From assembly GCA_027322505.1 (NCBI GenBank), contig DAHVRJ010000074.1:1-58500 (forward strand): a DNA stretch of 58,500 bases, in the 5' to 3' direction. Every line of letters starts with the position of its first letter. Positions within the stretch are counted from its first letter, which is position 1. The DNA comes from Demequinaceae bacterium (GTDB taxonomy: Bacteria > Actinomycetota > Actinomycetes > Actinomycetales > JAJYRW01). A program made the position numbers and the translations under genes. The notes beneath the pieces are model-generated. The model saw only the letters and a list, made by a program, of their open reading frames with translations. It made no database searches and was not told the origin of the DNA. This document shows positions 18,207-27,442 of this stretch, piece after piece.

Positions 18207-18437
18207 ATGAGCAAAGCACAGGATTTCATTTCTGCTCTTGGAGGCGCCCAGAACATTGTCGATCTTGAACCATGCATCACGCGCCTGCGCGTCCAGGTGG
18301 CAGATCCCGCCCACGTTAACGATGACGAATTAAAGGCAAAGGGCGCCTTTGGTGTCGTGCATTCTGGCCGCATCGTCCAAGTAGTTGTCGGCCCCGAGGC
18401 CGATGATTTGGCTGCCGCGATGCAGGACCTGCGTTGA
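18207..18437 (+). CDS. PTS EIIB component, glucose/N-acetylglucosamine family (stand-alone)
   Basis: 76 aa. Active-site Cys context LEPCITRLRVQV. Confidence 0.8.
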   Translation: MSKAQDFISALGGAQNIVDLEPCITRLRVQVADPAHVNDDELKAKGAFGVVHSGRIVQVVVGPEADDLAAAMQDLR

Positions 18438-18916
18438 CCCTGACAGTTCTCGCGCCGGTGCCCGGCGTGGTTGTTGCACTCGATGAGGTACCTGATCCCA
18501 TCTTTTCTGATGGCATGGTGGGCCCCGGAGTTGCCGTGGACCCACCCGCAGGACCCACTGATGGAGAAATTGATGCAGTAGCGCCCATCGCGGGTACGGT
18601 GACTTCCGTCCACGCGCACGCCTTCGTCATCACCAGTAATGATCCTGACCATGGGCAGCGAGCGGTGCTAGTGCATCTGGGTCTCGATACCGTCCAACTC
18701 CAGGGCGACGGTTTTGCCCTGCACGTCAATCAGGGCGATGAGGTCGTCGCCGGCCAGGTCCTGGTCTCATGGGACCCAAACGACGTGGAGGCATCTGGCC
18801 GGCACGCGATCTGTCCGGTGATTGCACTGGAAGCATTTGCAGAAGAAGTCGAAAGCGTAGCCGAAATTGGAGCAATGATTGACGCGGGCGCTCCGCTATT
18901 CCAGCTCGAGTCTTAG
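18434..18916 (+). CDS. crr: PTS EIIA component, glucose family (stand-alone)
   Basis: 160 aa. Motifs GMVGPGVAVDP, HAFVI and VLVHLGLDTVQLQGDGF are typical of EIIA-Glc. The TTG start overlaps the EIIB stop. Confidence 0.8.
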   Translation: MTLTVLAPVPGVVVALDEVPDPIFSDGMVGPGVAVDPPAGPTDGEIDAVAPIAGTVTSVHAHAFVITSNDPDHGQRAVLVHLGLDTVQLQGDGFALHVNQGDEVVAGQVLVSWDPNDVEASGRHAICPVIALEAFAEEVESVAEIGAMIDAGAPLFQLES

Positions 18917-18977
18917 GCTCCTTGTTCCCTAATTTCTAAGAGACAGCAAGAGCATCAGCATTGCTGCTAGCACCAAA

Positions 18978-19928
18978 TTAATCGCCTTGGCCTTGGGATT
19001 CGACCCGAAGCTGGGTCTTTGCCAGCGCGATCCCATTAGTATCGAACGCGATTTTCGCGCGGCGGCGCAGCTCGCGCCCCACGGCCCACTGCATACCCGG
19101 CGTGGTCTTCGCAATGAGCCGGATGAGCGCGCCTTCAGCATCCAAATCCTCCACCCCGGTTATCTCGGGAGCTTCAAGGATCTCTGCGCTCCAATCATCT
19201 TCGGCGGCCAGGGTAGTCCCAACTTCTAACAGGACATCCTCGGCCTTCTCCAGGTCGGCGTGGTAGTCAATTTTGATATCGCACATCACACGTGCCCACA
19301 TCTGCGTCATATTGCCCACCCGCAGTACCTCACCGTTTCGTACGTACCACAGCGTGCCGTTATATTCGCGGATCCGCGTCACCCGCAGCCCCACTGCCTC
19401 TACTGATCCCGAGACTTCGCCCAGGTCAACAACGTCTCCCACCCCGTACTGGTCCTCGGCCATCATGAAGATTCCGGATAAGAAGTCTTTCACCAGCGCC
19501 TGGGCGCCAAAACCGAGTGCCACACCAACAATTCCCGCAGATGCCAGCAAGGGCGCCACTGACACGCCCAGTTCCGCTAAGACCATCAGGATGACAACGG
19601 TAGAAATCAAAAGCGCAGAGGTTGAGCGCATAACGGAACCCAGCGTGCGGGCGCGCTGGGCGCGACGCTGAACTGCCGCAGGATTAGACGCTCGCAAAGC
19701 CTTGGAAAGCTCCGTTGGCGCCAATCGGGAAAGGCGGCGTTTGCGGCCGCGACTTTCCCCAGTAGCCACCCGCTCTTCCACGCGATTAATCACTATGCGC
19801 AGCAGGCCCACGACGAGAAAACCGCCCAGAATAATGCAGGCGATGCGCAGGGGAGCGCCCAACAAGAACTCCAGAAAGTCCCCGCCGGCTTCGGTCACTG
19901 TCTCGGTGGTTGATTCCGCGATATTCAC
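18978..19928 (-). CDS. Mechanosensitive ion channel, MscS family
   Basis: 316 aa. TM helices followed by the conserved beta domain (FMMAEDQYGVGDVVDLGEVSGSVEAVGLRVTRIREYNGTLWYVRNGEV). Confidence 0.85.
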   Translation of the reverse strand: MNIAESTTETVTEAGGDFLEFLLGAPLRIACIILGGFLVVGLLRIVINRVEERVATGESRGRKRRLSRLAPTELSKALRASNPAAVQRRAQRARTLGSVMRSTSALLISTVVILMVLAELGVSVAPLLASAGIVGVALGFGAQALVKDFLSGIFMMAEDQYGVGDVVDLGEVSGSVEAVGLRVTRIREYNGTLWYVRNGEVLRVGNMTQMWARVMCDIKIDYHADLEKAEDVLLEVGTTLAAEDDWSAEILEAPEITGVEDLDAEGALIRLIAKTTPGMQWAVGRELRRRAKIAFDTNGIALAKTQLRVESQGQGD

Positions 19929-20029
19929 AGCAGCCAGGTTAACCTGCCAACGCGCTCAAAGAGAGTTTTGCCCACGCAATGCGGCATTCGTCTGGCAAAA
20001 TGGCTGCAAAGAGCAAATGAAGAGGCGAA

Positions 20030-21811
20030 GTGAGGTTGTGGATGACCAGCGGGGAGCAGCGCCACGTGGAACCCGAACTAGAAGCGTGGCGCGAGACCGT
20101 ACCACCTTGCACAGTCGTCCCATCCGGCACTAGCCAGCAAATAGCGGTACACATTCCCCACGGTGACGAGGTGGTAGTAAAGCTAACCGCCATTCGTGCC
20201 CCACACGTCGAAGCCGCGCAATGCGACGCCGACTCAGCAATTGGGCTGCGTCAACTTGATGTGTGGCATGAACCGCAGGAATTAGACGGCGCACTCATTG
20301 GCCGCGCCACCTTTGAAATTCCCGACCATCTGGAGTCGGGTTATTACCGGCTCGAACTCATCAGTGATAACCGCGCCGCTAACGGCCTCGTGTTGATCAC
20401 CCCACAAGCAATTTATGGGGATTTTAAAGGCTGGGGCCTTGCGCTGGATCTCGCCACCGTTCGCTCCAAGCGCTCTTGGGGAATCGGCGACCTGGCAGAC
20501 TTAGGCGAACTCGCTGTTTTATCCGCCGGCTGGGGCAGTGACTATGCCTACGTGCGCCCCCAAGCACTGTCGCACTTGCGCTTTCCCGGCGAAGGCCTTG
20601 CACCGGCGGATTTCTTAGCACAAGAAGTGCGCAACCGATACTTGCCGGCCGTGCTGCTTCGCATTGAAGAAATCCCCGAACTGGCTTACCTTACGGCGCC
20701 TGATCGCGCGCTAATTGAATGGGAAGCCGAAGAGTTCCACAAAATTAACGCCAGCGCGGACGCCATTGATACCCCCACAATTGCGCGAGCCAAAACCGCG
20801 GCGCTGCAACTCATTGATTCCGTTGCACTTTCACCCGCGCGCCAAGCCGAATTCGACGCCTTTGTTGCGCGCGAAGGACGCCGGCTGGCAGATTTCGCCC
20901 TGTGGGCGGCGATTGCCGAAAATTGTCATCAAACCGACACGGATTGGCCCGAAGACGCTCAGACGCCGGAGGCTTTTGGTGCTCGACGCGCTGGGGATGA
21001 ACTCGCCAATCAGATTGAACAGCAAAAACGACGGCAGTGGTACATCGCCCAGCAACTCGAACGGGCCCATCAACGCATGCGCGCGGCCGGAGCCCGCATT
21101 GGCCTGATCCGACATGAAAGCCGGGACGCCACCGATTCAGACCTAACACAACAGGCGGATTGGTTTCGAAGTGTTGCCACCGGCGCGGGGGCAGTCGTGG
21201 CGCAGGTTCAGGCCCCGATCCAAGATTTGCCCGCGCTCCTTTCCGTAACCGCGATTGAAGCCGAACGCACCAAGACCGGGGTGATCCTCGACGTCCAAAA
21301 TGAACAGGAAGCAGCCGCAGCCCGGCAACTTAACCTTCCAACCACAACGCAGCTGTGGCGTGAGGACCAGGGCCAGCGCGCACTCAATACGGAAAGCTTT
21401 GCGCCGCAAGAGCTGCTAGAGATTGCCACTCCGCTGGATATGCCGTTGGCGGCCTACTTGACGGAGGACTTTCTCGAAGCCTTAACCGAGGACTTCAGTG
21501 ATCATGAGCAGGAAGAACTGCGGCGCGATGCCGCGAATGCGCATGACAATCTGGTGCAGGTTTTAGCTGACGCCGGCCTATTGGAGGCAGAATTCTCGCA
21601 GCGCTCGCTGATTGAGGCGTTGCATGCTTGGGCGGTACGCCAGCCTCCTCGGTTCACAACACTGCGCCTGCGTGACGTGGTGGGCCAGCGAGAATGGCCC
21701 GGCAGCGATAACGAGAAATTATGGCCCCTGCGCGATGCTTTTGGGGCGGTCGTAGTGGTGGACGAACTGTCGGAAATGCCCGCGCTGCGCTCCCTACTGC
21801 GCCGGCTCTAG
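20030..21811 (+). CDS. 4-alpha-glucanotransferase (MalQ)-like protein, apparently catalytically degenerate
   Basis: 593 aa. The MalQ hallmark SKRSWGIGDLADLGEL is present. Regions where I expect RIDH, AEDLG and THD read differently (AVVAQVQA, GVILDVQ, TPLDMP). The start is uncertain: GTG at 20030 or ATG at 20042. Confidence 0.5.
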   Translation: MRLWMTSGEQRHVEPELEAWRETVPPCTVVPSGTSQQIAVHIPHGDEVVVKLTAIRAPHVEAAQCDADSAIGLRQLDVWHEPQELDGALIGRATFEIPDHLESGYYRLELISDNRAANGLVLITPQAIYGDFKGWGLALDLATVRSKRSWGIGDLADLGELAVLSAGWGSDYAYVRPQALSHLRFPGEGLAPADFLAQEVRNRYLPAVLLRIEEIPELAYLTAPDRALIEWEAEEFHKINASADAIDTPTIARAKTAALQLIDSVALSPARQAEFDAFVAREGRRLADFALWAAIAENCHQTDTDWPEDAQTPEAFGARRAGDELANQIEQQKRRQWYIAQQLERAHQRMRAAGARIGLIRHESRDATDSDLTQQADWFRSVATGAGAVVAQVQAPIQDLPALLSVTAIEAERTKTGVILDVQNEQEAAAARQLNLPTTTQLWREDQGQRALNTESFAPQELLEIATPLDMPLAAYLTEDFLEALTEDFSDHEQEELRRDAANAHDNLVQVLADAGLLEAEFSQRSLIEALHAWAVRQPPRFTTLRLRDVVGQREWPGSDNEKLWPLRDAFGAVVVVDELSEMPALRSLLRRL

Positions 21812-21888
21812 ACACGGACGCGAGGGGCTAGGCACGCTGGAAAACGGGCGCCTTTCCCTCTAACGGGGAAGTCTGAGATTATGACGCC

Positions 21889-22503
21889 ATGACAAAACCG
21901 ACTGCAGAATTTTGGTTTGACCCGCAATGCCCGTGGGCCTGGATGACCTCTCGCTGGATGGAAGAGGTCACTAAGGTCCGCGATATCAACGTGGAATGGC
22001 ACGTGATGTCCCTGGCCGTCCTTAATGAGGGGCGCGATCTGCCAGCCGATTATCGTGCCTCGATGGACAAGGCCTGGGGCCCGGTGCGCGTGATCATCGC
22101 CGCCCAAGAGCTCCACGGACGCCAGTATGTGAAGCAGCTCTACGATGCGATCGGTACGCGGTACCACCCACAGGGCCGGCGCAAGAGTGAGCCGCATGAT
22201 GAAATCGTAAAAGAGGCACTTGAAGAGGTGGGCCTGCCTACGGATTTGATGAAGTACTACGACTCCGATGAGTTTGATCCGCAATTGCGCGCAAGCCACA
22301 GCCGCGGTATCAACCTCGTGGGGGAGGACGTCGGTACGCCCATTGTGGCTTTTGAAGGCACGGCGTTCTTCGGTCCGGTCGTCACCCCGGCACCAAAGGG
22401 TGAGGACGCTGGAAAACTTTGGGACGGTTGCCTGTTGGTTGGCCAGACGCCGGGCTTTTATGAATTGAAGCGCACGCGCCAGGCAGACCCAGACTTTTCT
22501 TAA
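21889..22503 (+). CDS. DsbA-like thioredoxin-fold oxidoreductase (Rv2466c-like)
   Basis: 204 aa. FWFDPQCPWAWMTSRWMEEV, VGEDVGTPIVAF and FFGPVVTPAP...GKLWD. The active-site position reads CPWA, a single Cys. Confidence 0.7.
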   Translation: MTKPTAEFWFDPQCPWAWMTSRWMEEVTKVRDINVEWHVMSLAVLNEGRDLPADYRASMDKAWGPVRVIIAAQELHGRQYVKQLYDAIGTRYHPQGRRKSEPHDEIVKEALEEVGLPTDLMKYYDSDEFDPQLRASHSRGINLVGEDVGTPIVAFEGTAFFGPVVTPAPKGEDAGKLWDGCLLVGQTPGFYELKRTRQADPDFS

Positions 22504-22655
22504 GTCGAAACGCGGCACTGGAGCGCGCCTTTAGCCTGCTGAAGATGTTCGCACCTTCGAAATGTCAGCACTGATGCACTGGGCGCTACCGCCACATGCC
22601 GGTAGCGCCCAGTCGTGTTCCAGATGAAAGTTCGAGCCTGGCAGAATGCCAAGTT

Positions 22656-23102
22656 ATGCGCATTCATATTGGAACCGATCACGCCGGATTTGAAATTAAG
22701 AACCGGATTGTCGACCACCTGAAAGCCGCCGGGCACGACGTTGTCGACCACGGCGCTCATGAATACGACGCGGAAGATGACTATCCGCCGTTTTGCTTCG
22801 CGGTCGGCGAGGCGGTGGTTGCCGAAGAGGGCACTTTGGGTGTAGTTATTGGCGGCTCGGGCAATGGGGAGCAAATAGCGGCAAATAAGGTGGCGGGTGT
22901 GCGCGCTGCCCTGGTGTGGAACACGGAAACAGCCAAACTCGCGCGCCAGCACAATGATGCAAATGTTGTTTCCATTGGGGCGCGCCAGCACGATGAGGCC
23001 ACCATGCTCGAACTGATTGAAACCTTCATTGCTGAGCCGTTTAGTGAAGCCGAACGCCACGCGCGTCGCATCCGGCTCATGGCTGAATACGAGGCGAAGT
23101 AG
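22656..23102 (+). CDS. rpiB: Ribose-5-phosphate isomerase B
   Basis: MRIHIGTDHAGFEIKNRIVDHLKAAGHDVVDHG and GSGNGEQIAANKVAGVRAA. The ATG at 22656 is preferred over the ORF-track start at 22596. Confidence 0.9.
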   Translation: MRIHIGTDHAGFEIKNRIVDHLKAAGHDVVDHGAHEYDAEDDYPPFCFAVGEAVVAEEGTLGVVIGGSGNGEQIAANKVAGVRAALVWNTETAKLARQHNDANVVSIGARQHDEATMLELIETFIAEPFSEAERHARRIRLMAEYEAK

Positions 23103-23172
23103 ACCACGCGCGCTGATGACCGCGCGCTGGTGCCAGCGGGCTAACTGCGGGCAGCCGCAGCCGACCAGGGGG

Positions 23173-23820
23173 CTAGCTCACGAGCACCAAAACTCCGCCA
23201 GCCACCGCAAAAATCGCTCCGGCAAGGAACCCGGATGTGAGCAGCGTGTTTTGGGGCTGTTCCTCCACCGCGTTGACCATGCGGCGAACCGCAAGCAGCG
23301 CTACAGCAGCGCGCGCGGTCAAAGTCACGAGAACCAAAATGGGCATTACGACCAAGATCAGCGTCAATCCAAAGTTGCGCAGCAGCGCCGCGCCCACGCG
23401 CAGCGCAACCGTTTTGGGGTCAGTAAGCCCGGAGGCTTTGAACTGCTGACGCATGTGTTCATCAGAACTGCGCGTAGCGGTAGCAACAACGACGGCCAGG
23501 TGAACAATTTCCGCGCCGGCCCAACCGGTGGCAAAAAGCAGACCAACTAGAACTGCTCCGTCCGGCGCGGTCGTGGCGGTGAGCGTGAAGACGCCCGAGG
23601 CGCTAACCGCAATGACCCACCACAGGGCGGCAAAGCGCACCGGTTCGTCAACTACGCCACTTAAAATTGCGTCAAGTGGGGCGCGAACCTGCGCTAGCCG
23701 CTCGGGCGTGCCGTATTTACGCTGATAGCGCGCCGTAACTGCCCACGTGAAAACGGCGCGCAGCAGGAGCGCAATCAGCCAGGCACCGATACCCAGCAAA
23801 GTAGCGATCACGAAAACCAT
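23173..23820 (-). CDS. Hypothetical integral membrane protein
   Basis: 215 aa with about six hydrophobic segments and no recognised family. Confidence 0.5.
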   Translation of the reverse strand: MVFVIATLLGIGAWLIALLLRAVFTWAVTARYQRKYGTPERLAQVRAPLDAILSGVVDEPVRFAALWWVIAVSASGVFTLTATTAPDGAVLVGLLFATGWAGAEIVHLAVVVATATRSSDEHMRQQFKASGLTDPKTVALRVGAALLRNFGLTLILVVMPILVLVTLTARAAVALLAVRRMVNAVEEQPQNTLLTSGFLAGAIFAVAGGVLVLVS

Positions 23821-23833
23821 GGCGCACGCTCAC

Positions 23834-24463
23834 TTAAATATAGATGGCAGGATCAGCGTATTCATCGTATTTTTCCGCGGGACGCTCACGCACGCGACCG
23901 GGAACGCCCACGACTACCGTGTGGGCGGGGACGTCTTTAACCACCACCGCATTGGCGCCAATCTGAGCGCCGTCTCCGATAGTTACCGGCCCCAGGACAC
24001 GCGCCCCGGTGCCCAGCACCACGCCGTTGCCAACGGTGGGGTGTCGTTTGCCGCGCGACATGCTACGACCCCCAAGCGTCACTGCGTGGTAAAGCAAAAC
24101 ATCGTCCCCAACTTCGGCGGTTTCCCCAATGACCACGCCCATTCCGTGGTCAATGAAAACTCGTTTACCAAGCTGGGCAGCGGGGTGAATTTCAATTCCA
24201 GTAAGTGCCCGGTTTAGGTGCGAAAATACGCGAGCCGCTAGCCGTAGGCCCGGTTTGCGCCACATCCGGTGCGCCATGCGATGCAACCACAGGGCGTGCA
24301 GACCGGGGTAGGCCAAAACCACCTCGGCGGTCGATCGGACGGCCGGGTCGCGTTCTTTCGCGGCCCTAACGTCATCTCGGAACCTATTTCGGGCATCGCG
24401 CAACAGCGCGCCGAGGCCGGAGCTTCGACGCGCTGTGCGCAAACGATGAGGAGTCATTAACAC
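23834..24463 (-). CDS. cysE: Serine O-acetyltransferase
   Basis: 209 aa. Hexapeptide-repeat left-handed beta-helix ([44 protein letters not shown]). Confidence 0.9.
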   Translation of the reverse strand: MLMTPHRLRTARRSSGLGALLRDARNRFRDDVRAAKERDPAVRSTAEVVLAYPGLHALWLHRMAHRMWRKPGLRLAARVFSHLNRALTGIEIHPAAQLGKRVFIDHGMGVVIGETAEVGDDVLLYHAVTLGGRSMSRGKRHPTVGNGVVLGTGARVLGPVTIGDGAQIGANAVVVKDVPAHTVVVGVPGRVRERPAEKYDEYADPAIYI

Positions 24464-24468
24464 CGCAG

Positions 24469-25401
24469 TTAGTCAACCAGATCTGCAAAAAGATCAGTGG
24501 ACAGGTACCGCTCCCCGAATGAGGGTACAACCGCGACGATCAACTTGCCCGCGTTTTCTTCCCGCCGGGCCAGCTGATTTGCCGCCCAAATTGCCGCCCC
24601 GGAGGAAATGCCTACCAAAAGACCCTCCTCGCGCGCGGCGCGGCGAGCAAACTCGAAGGACTTGTCAGTGGGCGCATCGAAGACCTCATCGTAAATATCC
24701 GTGTCGAGAATTTCCGGTACGAAGTTTGCGCCCAGGCCCTGAATTTTGTGGGGCCCGGGTTCACCGCCGGTCAAAATTGGAGAATCGGCAGGTTCTACGG
24801 CCACAATTTGGACGCCGGGCTTGCGTTCTTTTAGAACACGGCCCACGCCGGTGATGGTTCCACCGGTTCCAATTCCGGCCACAACGATGTCAACTTCGCC
24901 GTCGGTGTCCGCCCAAATCTCTTCAGCCGTGGTCTTGGCATGAATGCGTGGGTTAGCTTTGTTGGCGAACTGGCGGGCGATCACGCCACCGCGCTCGGCC
25001 GCAATTTCTTCCGCCTTTTCTACCGCGCCCTTCATTCCGCCCGCAGCTGGGGTCAAAACCAGTTCGGCACCGTAGGCGCGCAGCAAAATGCGGCGCTCCT
25101 TGGAGGCGGATTCCGGCATCGTGAATACGGCCTTATAACCGCGCGCCGCCGCCACCATGGCCAGCGCAATGCCGGTGTTCCCAGAAGTCGCTTCCACGAT
25201 CGTGCCGCCCGGTTTTAGATCACCGGCCTCCACTGCTGCGTCAATGATGGCTACGCCGATGCGATCTTTCACGCTTTTGGCGGGGTTGTAGTACTCAAGT
25301 TTGACTGCGACGGTGCCCGGGGCGCCCTCGGTGATCCGGTTTAAACGGACCAGCGGGGTGCGACCAACCAACTGGGTGACGTCGTCGTAGATCTTTGCCA
25401 T
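24469..25401 (-). CDS. cysK: Cysteine synthase A (O-acetylserine sulfhydrylase)
   Basis: 310 aa. [15 protein letters not shown] (PLP lysine), [12 protein letters not shown] and [10 protein letters not shown]. Confidence 0.92.
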   Translation of the reverse strand: MAKIYDDVTQLVGRTPLVRLNRITEGAPGTVAVKLEYYNPAKSVKDRIGVAIIDAAVEAGDLKPGGTIVEATSGNTGIALAMVAAARGYKAVFTMPESASKERRILLRAYGAELVLTPAAGGMKGAVEKAEEIAAERGGVIARQFANKANPRIHAKTTAEEIWADTDGEVDIVVAGIGTGGTITGVGRVLKERKPGVQIVAVEPADSPILTGGEPGPHKIQGLGANFVPEILDTDIYDEVFDAPTDKSFEFARRAAREEGLLVGISSGAAIWAANQLARREENAGKLIVAVVPSFGERYLSTDLFADLVD

Positions 25402-25487
25402 GGGTCTCCTTGTAGTTTTTGGTACCCGCTTATTGCGTAGGCCGTACTTAGCCTAACGATCTTCGCGCGGTAAAACATTCCTAAAGG

Positions 25488-25579
25488 GCGTCCAACTCGC
25501 AGCAACTGCTTGCGACCCCCGTCGAGCAGTTTGATTCATTCAGACCCCCGTTTGAATAAATCGACTGCGAGTTGGACGC
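25488..25579. repeat. 15-bp perfect inverted repeat enclosing a 62-nt structured spacer
   Basis: GCGTCCAACTCGCAG (25488-25502) / CTGCGAGTTGGACGC (25565-25579). The spacer contains a nested hairpin (minus-strand reading ACTGCT-CGAC-GGGG-GTCG-CA-AGCAGT) and a duplicated ACGGGGGTC. It lies between the CoA-binding-protein gene and cysK. Confidence 0.7.
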
Positions 25580-25617
25580 ATCCTCACGAGATCCAACTGC
25601 CGTTGTGGGCCGTCTGC

Positions 25618-26097
25618 CTACGTTAGTTGGCGTCGTGAGGAGATCACGCCGGTGTTGAAACCGGCAAGATTTAAGCCGCCGTGGAAGCGGGCGTGTTCGA
25701 TCTTTAGACAGCGATCCATAATCACGTTCAGCCCGCTTTGCGTACCGATCCGGGCGGCCTCGTCATTCCAGCTACCGAGTTGAATCCACAGCGTTTGTGC
25801 ACCAATCTTCGCCGCGTCTTGGGCGACCTGTGGAAGGTCATCGTGGCGTCGAAAAACATCCACCAGATCGGGTACCTCCGGCAGCGCCGCTAAGTCCGGA
25901 TACACCGCTTGCCCCAAAATTTCGGTGGCGCGCGGATTTATCAGGTAGACGCGGTAAGGGGAGGACGAGAGTAGATACGTGGCGACGAAGTAGCTGGCGC
26001 GCGCGGGGTTTGTTGAGGCTCCCACAATCGCCACCGACTTAGTTTGCTGCAGTATTTCCAACCGGCGAGCAGCGGTGGGCTGGATCCAAGGGCTCAT
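25618..26097 (-). CDS. CoA-binding domain protein (YccU/YneT-like)
   Basis: KSVAIVGASTNPARASYFVATYLL and a Rossmann-like CoA_binding fold. The ATG at 26097-26095 overlaps the metY TGA (ATGA), which is preferred over the ORF-track start at 26142. Confidence 0.7.
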   Translation of the reverse strand: MSPWIQPTAARRLEILQQTKSVAIVGASTNPARASYFVATYLLSSSPYRVYLINPRATEILGQAVYPDLAALPEVPDLVDVFRRHDDLPQVAQDAAKIGAQTLWIQLGSWNDEAARIGTQSGLNVIMDRCLKIEHARFHGGLNLAGFNTGVISSRRQLT

Positions 26098-27434
26098 TTG
26101 GTGCCTCCTGTTGCCGCCGTGAGGGCTTGGTCGATGTCCCATAAAATGTCGGAAACATCCTCCAGGCCGACGGAGATTCGCACGAGGTCTTCAGTCGCGC
26201 CGGCAGCTTCGAGTTGCTCAGTGGTCAGTTGTTGATGCGTCGTCGAAGCCGGATGCAAAATTAGTGTTTTCGCATCACCAATATTGGCTACGTGTGAGGC
26301 CAATTGCAGCGACTCAATGAACTTGCGCCCGGTTTCGCGGGCGTTTACGCCGCCTGCCAGCCGGAAACCGAATACCGAACCCGGGCCGGCGGGGAAGTAC
26401 TTTTGCGCGCGGTCATGATGGGGGTGGTCTGTCAAGCCCGCCCAGTTCACCGCGGCCACGCGCGGGTCATCGGCAAGCCAGTTAGCGATCGTGTGCGCAT
26501 TTTTAATGTGCTCATCCATGCGCTGGGGCAGAGTTTCAACTCCTTGCAGCAGCAAAAATGCGGAGTGGGGGGAAAGGCTTGGCCCGATATCGCGCAACTG
26601 CTCGGAGCGCAGCCGGGTCAAGAAGCCGTATTCACCGAAGTTTTGCCACCAACTTAAGCCGTTATAAGAGGGCACGGGCTCGGTCAGGAGCGGGAATTTG
26701 CCGTTGCCCCAGTCAAACGTGCCCGCTTCGACCACGACACCGCCGATGGTCGTCCCGTGCCCGCCCAGGAACTTGGTCGCGGAGTGAATCACAATGTCGG
26801 CGCCGTGTTCCAGGGGGCGGTGTAGGTAAGGAGTGGCAAGCGTCGCATCGACAACAAGCGGAATGTTCGCGCCGTGGGCCACTTCAGCCAGCCCCGCAAT
26901 ATCGGCGATCTCGCCGGAGGGATTCGCGATCGATTCAACATAAATTGCTTTGGTGCGCTCGTTAATAGCCGCCGCGTAGTCCGCCGGATCAGAGCTGGAA
27001 ACAAACGTGGTTTCCACCCCGAACCGGCGCAGCGTCACGTCAAGTTGGGTAACTGTTCCGCCGTATAGGCCGCCAGCTGCCACGATGTGGTCTCCTGCGC
27101 CGGCTAGTGAGGCAAACGTGATGAATTCGGCCGACATGCCCGAGGCGGTTGCAACAGCCCCGATCCCGCCTTCCAAGGCGGCTACGCGCTCTTCAAAAGC
27201 GGAGACCGTGGGATTTCCGATACGCGAATAGATCGAACCGTATTTTTGGAGCGCGAAAAGGTTGGCGGCATCTGACGTGTCGGAAAAAACGAAACTTGTT
27301 GACTGGTAGATAGGAACCGCGCGCGCTCCCACTGTCGGATCGGGCACGCTTCCGGCATGGAGAGCTCGGGTGCGAAACCCAAATTCGCGATCGGCACTAG
27401 TTGGCGCAGCGCCGGGAGCAGAATGTGTAGCCAT
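26094..27434 (-). CDS. metY: O-acetylhomoserine sulfhydrylase (aminocarboxypropyltransferase)
   Basis: 446 aa. Cys/Met-metabolism PLP enzyme (VVDATLATPYLHRPLEHGADIVIHSATKFLGGHGT). Confidence 0.9.
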   Translation of the reverse strand: MATHSAPGAAPTSADREFGFRTRALHAGSVPDPTVGARAVPIYQSTSFVFSDTSDAANLFALQKYGSIYSRIGNPTVSAFEERVAALEGGIGAVATASGMSAEFITFASLAGAGDHIVAAGGLYGGTVTQLDVTLRRFGVETTFVSSSDPADYAAAINERTKAIYVESIANPSGEIADIAGLAEVAHGANIPLVVDATLATPYLHRPLEHGADIVIHSATKFLGGHGTTIGGVVVEAGTFDWGNGKFPLLTEPVPSYNGLSWWQNFGEYGFLTRLRSEQLRDIGPSLSPHSAFLLLQGVETLPQRMDEHIKNAHTIANWLADDPRVAAVNWAGLTDHPHHDRAQKYFPAGPGSVFGFRLAGGVNARETGRKFIESLQLASHVANIGDAKTLILHPASTTHQQLTTEQLEAAGATEDLVRISVGLEDVSDILWDIDQALTAATGGTK

Positions 27435-27442
27435 GGGGGTCC

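Noticed and set aside
21808-22518. 236-aa minus-strand ORF opposite the DsbA-like gene
   Set aside because: The plus-strand frame carries the conserved thioredoxin-fold motifs and an Rv2466c-like sequence throughout. The minus-strand product has no recognisable features.
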